From assembly GCA_005776735.1 (NCBI GenBank), contig SXOM01000414.1:1-33892 (forward strand): a stretch of 33,892 nt of DNA, given 5' to 3'. Below, in pieces: positions 19,770 to 27,804 of this stretch. Position 1 is the first letter of the stretch, and the number at the start of each line of letters is the position of its first letter. A program made the position numbers and the translations under genes. This DNA is from Pseudomonadota bacterium. Its GTDB lineage: Bacteria; Myxococcota_A; UBA796; SXON01. The notes under the pieces were generated by a model, which searched no databases, was not told where the DNA came from, and saw nothing but the letters and a program-made list of their open reading frames with translations.

Positions 19770-21341
19770 GTGGCGACCGCCCTGGCCAACCAGCTCCCCG
19801 AGCGCGTGCTCCGGCGCGGCGACTACCTCTGGGGCTCGTTCCTCAAGTCCGAGTCGGTCGACGGGTACCTCAACGCCACCAACCCCGGCGATCGGCGCGA
19901 TGTGCTCGGGCGCTTCGCGTTCTCGCTGCGCTCGGTCGACGAGGCGATCGAGTCGGCGACGCAGGGTACCCGCGCGTGGCGGCGGGCCGGCATCATGGAG
20001 CGCGCGGCGGCGGTCCAACGGTTCCGCGACCAGGTGCAGGAGTTCGCCGAACCCACCGCCATTCTCATCACGCGCGAGTCGGGCAAGCCCCTGTGGGAGT
20101 CCCGCCAGGAGGTCGCGGCGAGCGTCCGGGCCCTCGACCTGCTGCTCGACGACGGCGTAGGGCTGGTCGCGCCGCGGGTGATGGACGACATCGCCGGGCG
20201 CACCGACTTCGTCCCCCGCGGTGTCGTGGGCATCATCAACCCCGCGGTCCTCACGTTCAGCAGCGCGGTGCTCACCACCGCCGCGGCCGTGCTCGGGGGC
20301 AACGGCGTGGTCTACAAGCCCTCCAAGTACAGCCCCGTCGTCGGACAGACGGTGGCCGAGCTCTGGGACCGGGTGCGTCTGCCGCGCGGGGTGTTCAACC
20401 TCGTCCAGGGGCCGGGGTCGGCCGTGGGCCAACGCCTGGTCAACCATCCCGGGCTCGACGCGTTGTGCTTCACCGGCAGCTACGAGACCGCGCGCGAGCT
20501 GCGCCGCGCCCTCGCCGAACGTCCCGAGCTGCCCACCCACTTCCAGACCGGCGGCAAGGGCCTCGCCTACGTGCACGAGGACGCACCGCGCGAGCGCGCG
20601 GTGTACGAGCTGCTGGTCGGCGCCTTCCTCACCGCCGGGCAACGGGCCACGTCCACCGCCCGGGCCTTCATCCACGCGAGCGCGTGGAACGAGGTGGTGC
20701 CGGAGCTCGTGCGCCGCGCGCAGCGACTCCACGTCGGCTTCGGCCTCGAGGACGACGTCTTCATGGGTCCCGTCGTCAGCGAAGCGCTGCGCACGCGCTT
20801 CCGCAAGTATTGCCGCGCGTTGTCGTCCAAGGGCCACGTTCCGCTGTGCGAGGGCGACGCGCTGGAGCTCAGCGGCCGCCGCGGCCACTACTGCAGCCCC
20901 GGCATCTACGAGGTGCGCTGGCGCGGCGGGTTGCCGTTCCTCAACGAGGAGCCGCCCGGCCCCCTGCTCCTCTTGTACCGCGTCGCCAGCGTCGAAGAGG
21001 CGGTCGATCTCCACAACCGTGCGGTCTACCGGCCGGTCACCTCGGTCTTCGCGCGACCCGACTCCCCGGCGCTCGCCGAGCTGCGCGACGGCCTGCGCAC
21101 CGGCGCGCTCAACGTGAACCGCAGCACGATCGGGGCGAGCCTGCGCCTGCCCACCGCGCCGCACGGGCGCTCCGGCGTCGGCCAGCCCGGTGGCATCGAG
21201 CTGATGCGGGTCTTCACCTCGCCGCGCGCCGGCATCGTGGAGACGCGGGCCTTCGACGCGGCGCACCTCGTGCCGGGTGTGGACTGGGAAGAAGAATCGA
21301 CGTTCGGCGAGCTCGCGGCCGGCGATCTGCACGCGGAGTGA
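19770..21341 (+). CDS. Aldehyde dehydrogenase superfamily protein (AstD-like) lacking the canonical catalytic Cys and Glu
   Basis: ALDH motifs are present in order: VYKPSKYSP, FTGSYETAREL, FQTGGKG (where ELGGK is expected) and FLTAGQRATSTAR (where GQxC is expected). The GTG start is 5 nt after the upstream stop. This is the C-terminal part of listed ORF 19131..21341. Confidence 0.82.
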   Translation: MATALANQLPERVLRRGDYLWGSFLKSESVDGYLNATNPGDRRDVLGRFAFSLRSVDEAIESATQGTRAWRRAGIMERAAAVQRFRDQVQEFAEPTAILITRESGKPLWESRQEVAASVRALDLLLDDGVGLVAPRVMDDIAGRTDFVPRGVVGIINPAVLTFSSAVLTTAAAVLGGNGVVYKPSKYSPVVGQTVAELWDRVRLPRGVFNLVQGPGSAVGQRLVNHPGLDALCFTGSYETARELRRALAERPELPTHFQTGGKGLAYVHEDAPRERAVYELLVGAFLTAGQRATSTARAFIHASAWNEVVPELVRRAQRLHVGFGLEDDVFMGPVVSEALRTRFRKYCRALSSKGHVPLCEGDALELSGRRGHYCSPGIYEVRWRGGLPFLNEEPPGPLLLLYRVASVEEAVDLHNRAVYRPVTSVFARPDSPALAELRDGLRTGALNVNRSTIGASLRLPTAPHGRSGVGQPGGIELMRVFTSPRAGIVETRAFDAAHLVPGVDWEEESTFGELAAGDLHAE

Positions 21342-21345
21342 GCGC

Positions 21346-22254
21346 ATGCGCGAGATCATGATCGGGAACGTCCACATGGACCTCGGCGCCGGCCGTCGCG
21401 GCGTCGACATGGGGCCGTCGGCGATCCACCTCGCCGGCCTGAAGGCGGGCATCGAGGGCCTCGGATGCCGCGTCGCCGACAACTTCGCCCTCGGCGTGCG
21501 CTCGCAGGAGATGCTCGAGCCGGGCGACGTCCACGCCCGCTACCTCCACGAGATCACCGAGGTCTGCGCCCGGCTCGCCGACCGGGTGGAGGCGGGCCTG
21601 GAGGCCGGTCGCCTCCCCGTGGTGCTCGGGGGCGATCACTCCGTCGCCATCGGCACGATCACCGGGATCAGCCGCTACTGGAAGAAGCGCGGGCGCCGCA
21701 TCGGGGTGCTGTGGGTCGACGCGCACACCGACATCAACACCCCGGGCACCTCCCCCACGGGCAACATCCACGGCATGCCGTTGGCGGTCCTGCTCGGGCA
21801 CGGCCCGCGCGAGCTGGTCGCGCTCGCCGGCGACGGCCCCGCGCTCGACGCACGCAACGTCTGCGTGTTCGGCGCCCGCTCGGTGGACGAAGGGGAGCGC
21901 CGCTTCGTGCAGGAGGTCGGCCTGCGCGTGTACTCGATGAGCGAGCTCGACGAGCGCGGCACGGCGCTGTGTGCACGCGAAGCGATCGACCGTGCGCTGG
22001 ACGGCACCGCCGGCGTGCACCTGAGCTTCGACCTCGACGGGGTCGACCCGCAGCACGCGCCCGGCGTCGGAACCGCCGTCCCCGGCGGTCTGAGCCTGCG
22101 CGAGTCGCACCTCATCTGCGAGAAGGTCGCCGCCACGAAGAAGGTGCTCGGCCTGGAGATGGTGGAGCTCAACCCGGTCATCGACTCGGAGAACCGCACC
22201 GGACGCCTGGCCGTGTGGCTCTTGTTGAGCGCCCTCGGCCAGACCATCCTGTAG
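21346..22254 (+). CDS. rocF: Arginase
   Basis: The ureohydrolase Mn-binding motifs are present: GGDHSVAIG, VDAHTDINTP, SFDLDGVDP, GGLSLRE. GGAG lies 8 nt upstream of the ATG at 21346. Confidence 0.92.
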   Translation: MREIMIGNVHMDLGAGRRGVDMGPSAIHLAGLKAGIEGLGCRVADNFALGVRSQEMLEPGDVHARYLHEITEVCARLADRVEAGLEAGRLPVVLGGDHSVAIGTITGISRYWKKRGRRIGVLWVDAHTDINTPGTSPTGNIHGMPLAVLLGHGPRELVALAGDGPALDARNVCVFGARSVDEGERRFVQEVGLRVYSMSELDERGTALCAREAIDRALDGTAGVHLSFDLDGVDPQHAPGVGTAVPGGLSLRESHLICEKVAATKKVLGLEMVELNPVIDSENRTGRLAVWLLLSALGQTIL

Positions 22255-22262
22255 GGCCGACG

Positions 22263-22285
22263 GCGGCGCCCGCGCGGGGCGCCGC
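22263..22285. terminator. GC hairpin between convergent genes
   Basis: gcggcgccc-gcgcg-gggcgccgc forms a 9 bp stem between the arginase stop (22254) and the stop at 22302 of the minus-strand lipoprotein gene. Confidence 0.45.
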
Positions 22286-22301
22286 GTCGCGGCGTACGAG
22301 C

Positions 22302-23072
22302 TTAGAACCCGGTGTCGACGCTGCCGCCGCCACCGCCCGACTGGCCGTCCTCGATCCAGTCGTTGTACAACAGGACGTCGTTGCCCTCGACGCGCTCGGC
22401 GGTGAACGCCTGGCCCGACGTGGAGCAGGCCTGCTCGATCGCGAGCTCGCAGGTGCCGCCCTTGCAGTCGTCCTCTTCCGCTTCGTTGGTCTGGGGGATG
22501 AGGTCGCCCGAGTCCTTGTAGACCAGGTAGTACTGCGACGGGATCTGGCCGGAGTAGACCTCGATGTCCTCGACGTCCCACTCGTCGGACTCGGTCCACG
22601 ACATCGTGCTGGAGCCGGTGCCGGAGATCGTGCCGCTCAGGCCCGAGAAGAGGGCCGACGTCACGTGGATGTTCACCGTGGAGTCGTTGGTGTACGCCTC
22701 GGTGTAGTCGTAGTCGTCCTTGTGCTCGGCGCTGTAGTTGCCGTCGGTGTGCTGGGTCCAGGTGAAGGTCCACCCGTCGCCTTCGGCCACGCCCGGGTAC
22801 GCCGCATCGCCCATCGTCAACACCGCACCGCCACCGGAGGTGGGCGAGATGTGCACGAACATGAGCGAGTCGGAGCCGGTGTAGTCCTCGGTGATGGTCC
22901 ACGGGCCGCCGCCGTCCTCGTCGTCATCGGCCGGCGAGTAGGCGTCGCTGAAGTTCTCGCTGACGGTGGTGGAGCACTCGGTGGCGCTCTCGCTGTAGGG
23001 GACGAAGATCATGAAGACGCCGCTGGGGGCGCAGCCGGCGAGGAACAGGGCGGGAAGAAGGGCACGAAGCAC
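22302..23072 (-). CDS. Hypothetical acidic Ser/Thr/Asp-rich lipoprotein
   Basis: The GTG start is preceded by GAGGTG. (M)LRALLPALFLAGCAPSG carries the lipobox. The protein is 256 aa and I recognise no family. Confidence 0.78.
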   Translation of the reverse strand: MLRALLPALFLAGCAPSGVFMIFVPYSESATECSTTVSENFSDAYSPADDDEDGGGPWTITEDYTGSDSLMFVHISPTSGGGAVLTMGDAAYPGVAEGDGWTFTWTQHTDGNYSAEHKDDYDYTEAYTNDSTVNIHVTSALFSGLSGTISGTGSSTMSWTESDEWDVEDIEVYSGQIPSQYYLVYKDSGDLIPQTNEAEEDDCKGGTCELAIEQACSTSGQAFTAERVEGNDVLLYNDWIEDGQSGGGGGSVDTGF

Positions 23073-23139
23073 GATTCACCTCGAAGTGGCGGGCGGCTAT
23101 TGCAGCGAGCCCGCTTCGGCAAGGTTAGCAGCGGCGGCC

Positions 23140-24096
23140 ATGACCTACCTGCTCCTCGCCCTGTTCGCGTGTGCCACCCCCGATTCCCCGGCCCCGGAGG
23201 CCAAGACCGAGGCCAAGGTCGAGGTCAAGTCCGACGGCAAGGCCGAAAAGCCGGCGTTGGACATCCCGGCTCCGGCCGACGTCGCCTCGCCCCCGGCCGA
23301 CGCCCTGAAGACCGCGACGGGCCTCGCCTACAAGGTGCTCACCGCCGGCACCGGCGCGGAGCACCCCGGCCCCAAGGACAAGGTCACCGTCAATTACACG
23401 GGATGGACCACCGACGGCGCGGCGTTCGACTCCTCCACCAAGCGCGGGAAGCCCGCCACGTTCGGGGTCGACAAGGTCATCCCGGGGTGGACCGAAGGCC
23501 TGCAGCTCATGGTCGTCGGCGAGAAGACGCGGTTCTGGATCCCCGAGGAGATCGCCTACAAGGGCCGCGCGGGCAAGCCGGCGGGGATGTTGGTCTTCGA
23601 CGTGGAGCTCGTGAGCATCACACCCGCCCCCAAGCCGATCCCCGCCCCGGAAGACGTCGCGGCGCCGAGCAAGGGCGCCAAGAAGACCAAGAGCGGGCTC
23701 GCGTCCAAGGTCCTCACCCCGGGTACGGGCAAGGAGCACCCGAAGGAGGAGTCGGTGGTCGTGGTCGACTACACGGGGTGGACCAAGGACGGCACGATGT
23801 TCGACTCCTCGGTCACCCGCGGGAAGCCGGCCTCGTTCTCGCTCAACCGCGTGATCGCCGGTTGGACCGAGGGGGTGCAGCTCATGGTGGTGGGCGAGAA
23901 GCGCCGCTTCTGGATCCCGGCCGACCTCGCGTACGGCGACACCCCGAAGCGCCCCGGCGCCCCCTCGGGCGACCTCACGTTCGACGTCGAGCTCAAGGAG
24001 ATCAAGCCGCCGCGCGAAGCCGGCGTCCCCAAGGTCGACCGCACCGGCTTGAAGCCGGTGCGCACCGAGAAGCTGAAGAAGCCGAAGACGGAGTAG
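23140..24096 (+). CDS. Lipoprotein with two tandem FKBP-type peptidyl-prolyl cis-trans isomerase domains
   Basis: LALFACATP carries the lipobox. The pattern V.Y.GW..DG..FDSS..RGKP..F....VI.GW.EG.QLMVVGEK.RFWIP occurs twice. GTG 23086 is an alternative start that would give a longer signal peptide. Confidence 0.88.
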   Translation: MTYLLLALFACATPDSPAPEAKTEAKVEVKSDGKAEKPALDIPAPADVASPPADALKTATGLAYKVLTAGTGAEHPGPKDKVTVNYTGWTTDGAAFDSSTKRGKPATFGVDKVIPGWTEGLQLMVVGEKTRFWIPEEIAYKGRAGKPAGMLVFDVELVSITPAPKPIPAPEDVAAPSKGAKKTKSGLASKVLTPGTGKEHPKEESVVVVDYTGWTKDGTMFDSSVTRGKPASFSLNRVIAGWTEGVQLMVVGEKRRFWIPADLAYGDTPKRPGAPSGDLTFDVELKEIKPPREAGVPKVDRTGLKPVRTEKLKKPKTE

Positions 24097-24105
24097 TCGG
24101 CGGGC

Positions 24106-24150
24106 GGTGCGCCGCGACCGTCCCGAAGCGCGCAGGGTCCGGCGCGCACC
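24106..24150. repeat. REP-like GC-rich hairpin, copy 3
   Basis: In ggtgcgccgcgaccgtcccgaagcgcgcagggtccggcgcgcacc the outer arms ggtgcgc/gcgcacc pair. It begins 10 nt after the FKBP stop. Confidence 0.6.
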
Positions 24151-24170
24151 GCGCCGGGACGCGCGGCGCA

Positions 24171-24193
24171 ACCGGCCGCTCGACGCGGCCGGT
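24171..24193. terminator. Perfect 9 bp GC hairpin in the convergent intergenic region
   Basis: accggccgc-tcgac-gcggccggt lies 21 nt from the stop at 24214 of the minus-strand permease gene. Confidence 0.45.
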
Positions 24194-24213
24194 CGCGGCG
24201 CGTCCCCCTGAGA

Positions 24214-25017
24214 TCAACTGCTGGCGCTGGAGTAGTTGCGGAGGGCGCGGACGAGCACCAGGCGCGAGAACACCAGGCTCCCGACCGCCGCCGCGACCGC
24301 CCCCACCACCAGCCCGGCGTCGATGCGCCCGAGCAGCGCCATCGCCGGGTAGCTCGACACCAACCCCACCGGGATGACGGTCGTGAGCACCAGCCGCAAC
24401 GCCCGCCCGTACACCGACACCGGCCACCTGCCCGCGTCGGTGATCGCCCCGAGCAGGAAGCGCAGGTTGTCCACCCGCACAAACCAGAAGCTCAGGCACG
24501 TGACCGCCAACCACAAGCCGTAGGTGGCCCCCAGGCCCGCGAAGAAGAGGCCCGCCGCGAGGCCCACCTGGGCCCACGTCGGCGTGGGCAACCGGCCGAG
24601 CGCGACCGCGAGGATCACGACGCCCCCGACGAGCTCCCAGAGCGCCGCGGGCGCCACCCGCCGGAACGAGACGAGCAACTGCGCGTCGACCGGGCGGATG
24701 AGGAAGTAGTCCAACGCCCCGGTGCGCACCCCGTCCACCACCGCGCCCAGGTTCGGTTCCACGACCCCCGCGACAAAGGCGTTGTACAACAAGAAGAAGC
24801 CGGTCACCAGGAGCGCCTGGTCGAGCGTCCACCCCTGCACCTGCGGGACCCGCGCGTACACGAGGAAGAGCGGCGCCGCCATCCCGAGCGCCGAGAGCGC
24901 CCCCACCACCATCTCCGCGACGAAGCTCGCGCGGTACTGGAACGCCGTCAAGATCGACGCCCGCACCAGGGCCACCACCACCGCGGGCCGGACACCGCCG
25001 GTGACCCGCGCGCTCAC
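24214..25017 (-). CDS. ABC-2 family transporter permease (uncharacterised ABC system, second permease)
   Basis: The polytopic 267 aa protein contains SILTAFQYRASFVAEMV..LDYFLIRPVD..VIPVGLVSSYPA. The GTG at 25017 overlaps the upstream stop (GTGA). The listed ORF 24214..25800 is over-extended. Confidence 0.82.
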   Translation of the reverse strand: MSARVTGGVRPAVVVALVRASILTAFQYRASFVAEMVVGALSALGMAAPLFLVYARVPQVQGWTLDQALLVTGFFLLYNAFVAGVVEPNLGAVVDGVRTGALDYFLIRPVDAQLLVSFRRVAPAALWELVGGVVILAVALGRLPTPTWAQVGLAAGLFFAGLGATYGLWLAVTCLSFWFVRVDNLRFLLGAITDAGRWPVSVYGRALRLVLTTVIPVGLVSSYPAMALLGRIDAGLVVGAVAAAVGSLVFSRLVLVRALRNYSSASS

Positions 25018-25844
25018 GCGCCCACCGCCCCGTACCGGCGCACACCCGCCCGCCACATGAGCCCGAGCCCCGCGCCGAGCGCCACCACCCAGAACGCCTG
25101 CACCGCGAGCGTCGGCCCGATGGCGACGCGGCCCAGCAGGATGTCGATCGGCGCGCCGAGCGTGCTGTAGAACGGCAATGCGCGGACCAGCTGCACCCAC
25201 CCCGCCGGGAACAGGTCGAGCGGAACGAAGTACCCGGCGCACAACGCCCACACCGCGAACCACGCCGACCAGAAGCCCATCGACTGCTCGAACCAGAAGG
25301 CCAACATCCCGAACGCGGCCTGGACCGACCACGCGGCGAAGAACGCCATCGCGACGCTCAGCAGAAACGCAGCACCCACCGACGGAGAAGGCAGAAAGAG
25401 CGCCTCCGGCCGCCACACCGCCAGCACGCCGACCAGCGGAAACAACACCAGCGCCCGGAACGGCAACGCCGCCAGCGTCTCGGCGAGGTTGAAGACCAAC
25501 GGGTGCATCGGGCGCAGGAGCCGGGGCGAGAGCTCCCCCTGGCGAATCTGCCAGTTCAGCTCCCACACGACCCACGCACCGGTGAGCTGCCGGACGATCA
25601 GGTTGACCGCGAAGTACCGCGTGAACCCGAGCTGGTCCCACCCCCCGATCGGCGCGTCGGCGGCGGCCGCGCTCCACAACGCGAGCATCACCAGCGGCAA
25701 CGTGGCGCTCAGCACCCAGATGACCATCTCGGCGCGGTAGGCGACCATCCCCGAGAACGCGACCTGTTGCAGCGCCGGCCACGCGCGCACGACGTGCCAC
25801 AGGCGCGCTGCGGTGCCCGAACCGAGCGGCGCCGGGCGGCTCAC
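25014..25844 (-). CDS. ABC-2 family transporter permease (first permease)
   Basis: The 276 aa polytopic protein contains VAYRAEMVIWVL..LLRPMHPL..FWFEQS. Its ATG overlaps the ATPase stop (ATGA, 25841-25844). Confidence 0.82.
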   Translation of the reverse strand: MSRPAPLGSGTAARLWHVVRAWPALQQVAFSGMVAYRAEMVIWVLSATLPLVMLALWSAAAADAPIGGWDQLGFTRYFAVNLIVRQLTGAWVVWELNWQIRQGELSPRLLRPMHPLVFNLAETLAALPFRALVLFPLVGVLAVWRPEALFLPSPSVGAAFLLSVAMAFFAAWSVQAAFGMLAFWFEQSMGFWSAWFAVWALCAGYFVPLDLFPAGWVQLVRALPFYSTLGAPIDILLGRVAIGPTLAVQAFWVVALGAGLGLMWRAGVRRYGAVGA

Positions 25845-26797
25845 GCGCGCCCCTCGCGGAAGACGCGGCCGATCACCTCGTCGAGCGGCGGCACCTCGAC
25901 CCCGAGCTCGACCAGCGGCGCCACCGCCAGCACCCGCTGCAGAAGCGCGTTGGCCTCGGCGGCCGGCACCGTCGCCACCATCCGGCCTTCGTGGGCGACG
26001 AGCCCGAGCGCTTCGAGCTCGGGCACCACCGCCTGCACCACCACCCGCCGCTCGGGCGCGACCCGCCGGGTGAGGTCGTCGAGCGAGCCGTCGTAGCGCA
26101 GTCGCCCCTGGTCGATGATGAGGAGGCGCGGCGTGAGCGCCGCGATGTCCTGCATGTAGTGGCTCGTGAGGAGCACGGTGGCGCCGGTCTGGCGGTTGAG
26201 CTCGGCCACGAACTGCCGCACCTGCACCTGCATCTCGACATCCAGCCCGATGGTGGGCTCGTCCAGGAAGAGGACCTGCGGCCGGTGCACGAGCGAAGCG
26301 ATGAGCTCACACTTCATGCGCTCGCCGAGCGACAGGTTGCGGACCGGCTTCTCCAAGAGCGGCTCGGCGTGGAGCATCGCCACCAGCTCGTCCAGCGTGC
26401 GCCGGAACTCCGCGCGCTCCACCCCGTACAACGCTCGGTTCAGCTCGAAGCTCTCCGCGGCCGGCAGGTCCCACAGGAGCTGCTGCTTCTGGCCCATCAC
26501 CAGCGTGATCTGCTGGAGGAACGCCGGCTCGCGCGCCTGCGGGACGTGCCCGAGCACCGAGACCTCGCCGGAGGACGGGTACAGGAGCCCCGACAACATC
26601 TTCAGCGTCGTGGTCTTGCCGGCGCCGGTGGGCCCGAGGAACCCCACCCGCTCGCCCGGCCGGATCGTGAACGACAAGTCGGCGACCGCGTGCACCTCTC
26701 GGTGTTCGCGCGACCACAACGACCGCAACGCGCCGCCGAGCCCCGGCGGACGCACCGGCACGCGGTAGGTCTTGGTGAGCCCCCGCACCTCGATCAT
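25841..26797 (-). CDS. ABC transporter ATP-binding protein
   Basis: Walker A is GPTGAGKTT, the signature LSLGERMK and Walker B VLFLDEPT, and a His switch (SHY) is present. GGGAG lies 5-6 nt upstream of the ATG. Confidence 0.93.
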   Translation of the reverse strand: MIEVRGLTKTYRVPVRPPGLGGALRSLWSREHREVHAVADLSFTIRPGERVGFLGPTGAGKTTTLKMLSGLLYPSSGEVSVLGHVPQAREPAFLQQITLVMGQKQQLLWDLPAAESFELNRALYGVERAEFRRTLDELVAMLHAEPLLEKPVRNLSLGERMKCELIASLVHRPQVLFLDEPTIGLDVEMQVQVRQFVAELNRQTGATVLLTSHYMQDIAALTPRLLIIDQGRLRYDGSLDDLTRRVAPERRVVVQAVVPELEALGLVAHEGRMVATVPAAEANALLQRVLAVAPLVELGVEVPPLDEVIGRVFREGRA

Positions 26798-26886
26798 GGT
26801 GTCTCCCGGGGCGCCCTGTATGCCGGACCCGCACCCGCGGCTGGCGCGTGCCGATCGGCGCCCGGCCGGCTATCGGGAGGCCCCTG

Positions 26887-27804
26887 ATGTCCTTGACCAT
26901 CCTCGGTCCGGAGCGCCCCGACGGGGTCCTCCCCGAAGTCCTCCGGAAACACGGCGTGAACGGCCCGGTCGCGCTCATCAGCGCGGGCTGGCGTTACGAT
27001 GAGCTGCGCGACGAGCCGCTGCGCGCCGCCCTGCCCAACGAGGTCCGCAACCTGCGCCTGTACGACCGGTTCCGGCTTCTGGAGCGCGACGCGCCCGAGC
27101 TGATGACCCGGTACACCGCCAAGCAGGACGCCCTGCGGCGCATGAAGGACCGCTACCACCTCCGGGTGCAGAGCGCCGTGCAGTGCGCCAGCAACCTGCT
27201 CCGGGAGTACGGCACCGCCGCCGACCCGTGGTTCCAGCAGGCCGCACGACACCTCCGCGAGATCGACGACCTGTTCCTCACCGAAGCCCGCGCGCTCCAC
27301 GACGGCTTCGACCGCGAGGTCCGCCCCGGCGAGCACCCGCTGGTGCGGCGTGAGCGCGAGGCGGTGCGCCAGGAGCTCGAAGGGTGCGACGCGCTCCTGG
27401 TCGCGGGCGGCCACGTGGGGGTGCTCCGGAACCGGTGCACCTTCTTCGACGTCGGCCCCGCCCTCACCGTGCGGCCGCTGTACGCGTGGAGCGGCGGCGC
27501 GATGCTCATGACCGAGCGGGTGCTGCTCTACCACGACCACACCGCGTACGGCCCCGGTACGGCCGAGTTCCTCGACCACGGCTTCGGCCTGTTGCGCAGC
27601 ACGGTGCTGCTCCCGCACGCCCGCGAACGGCTCGACCTCGCGGACCGCGTCAACGTCGCGGTGCTCGCCCACCGGCTGCAGCCGCGCGTCGTGGTCGGCC
27701 TGCAGAACGGCGCGGTCTACGAGAACGGCCGCTACACCGGCACCGCCGGCGCCGCCTTCACCCTGAGCCAGGACGGGAGCGTGGTCGATGCAACGGGTGC
27801 TTGA
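26887..27804 (+). CDS. Hypothetical protein, possibly peptidase S51 / class-I amidotransferase-like with a long helical insertion
   Basis: The ATG at 26887 is preceded by GGGAGG. VALISAGW, ALLVAGGHVGVL, YAWSGGAML and LLPHA loosely resemble the S51 (dipeptidase E/cyanophycinase) strand-turn motifs. This rests only on weak similarity recalled from memory. Confidence 0.55.
   Translation: MSLTILGPERPDGVLPEVLRKHGVNGPVALISAGWRYDELRDEPLRAALPNEVRNLRLYDRFRLLERDAPELMTRYTAKQDALRRMKDRYHLRVQSAVQCASNLLREYGTAADPWFQQAARHLREIDDLFLTEARALHDGFDREVRPGEHPLVRREREAVRQELEGCDALLVAGGHVGVLRNRCTFFDVGPALTVRPLYAWSGGAMLMTERVLLYHDHTAYGPGTAEFLDHGFGLLRSTVLLPHARERLDLADRVNVAVLAHRLQPRVVVGLQNGAVYENGRYTGTAGAAFTLSQDGSVVDATGA

Noticed and set aside
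23087-23104. A sigma54-like TGGC..TTGCA motif upstream of the FKBP gene.
   Set aside because: The GG-to-GC spacing is 14 nt instead of the canonical 12, and the -24 element is TGGCGG rather than TGGCAC.
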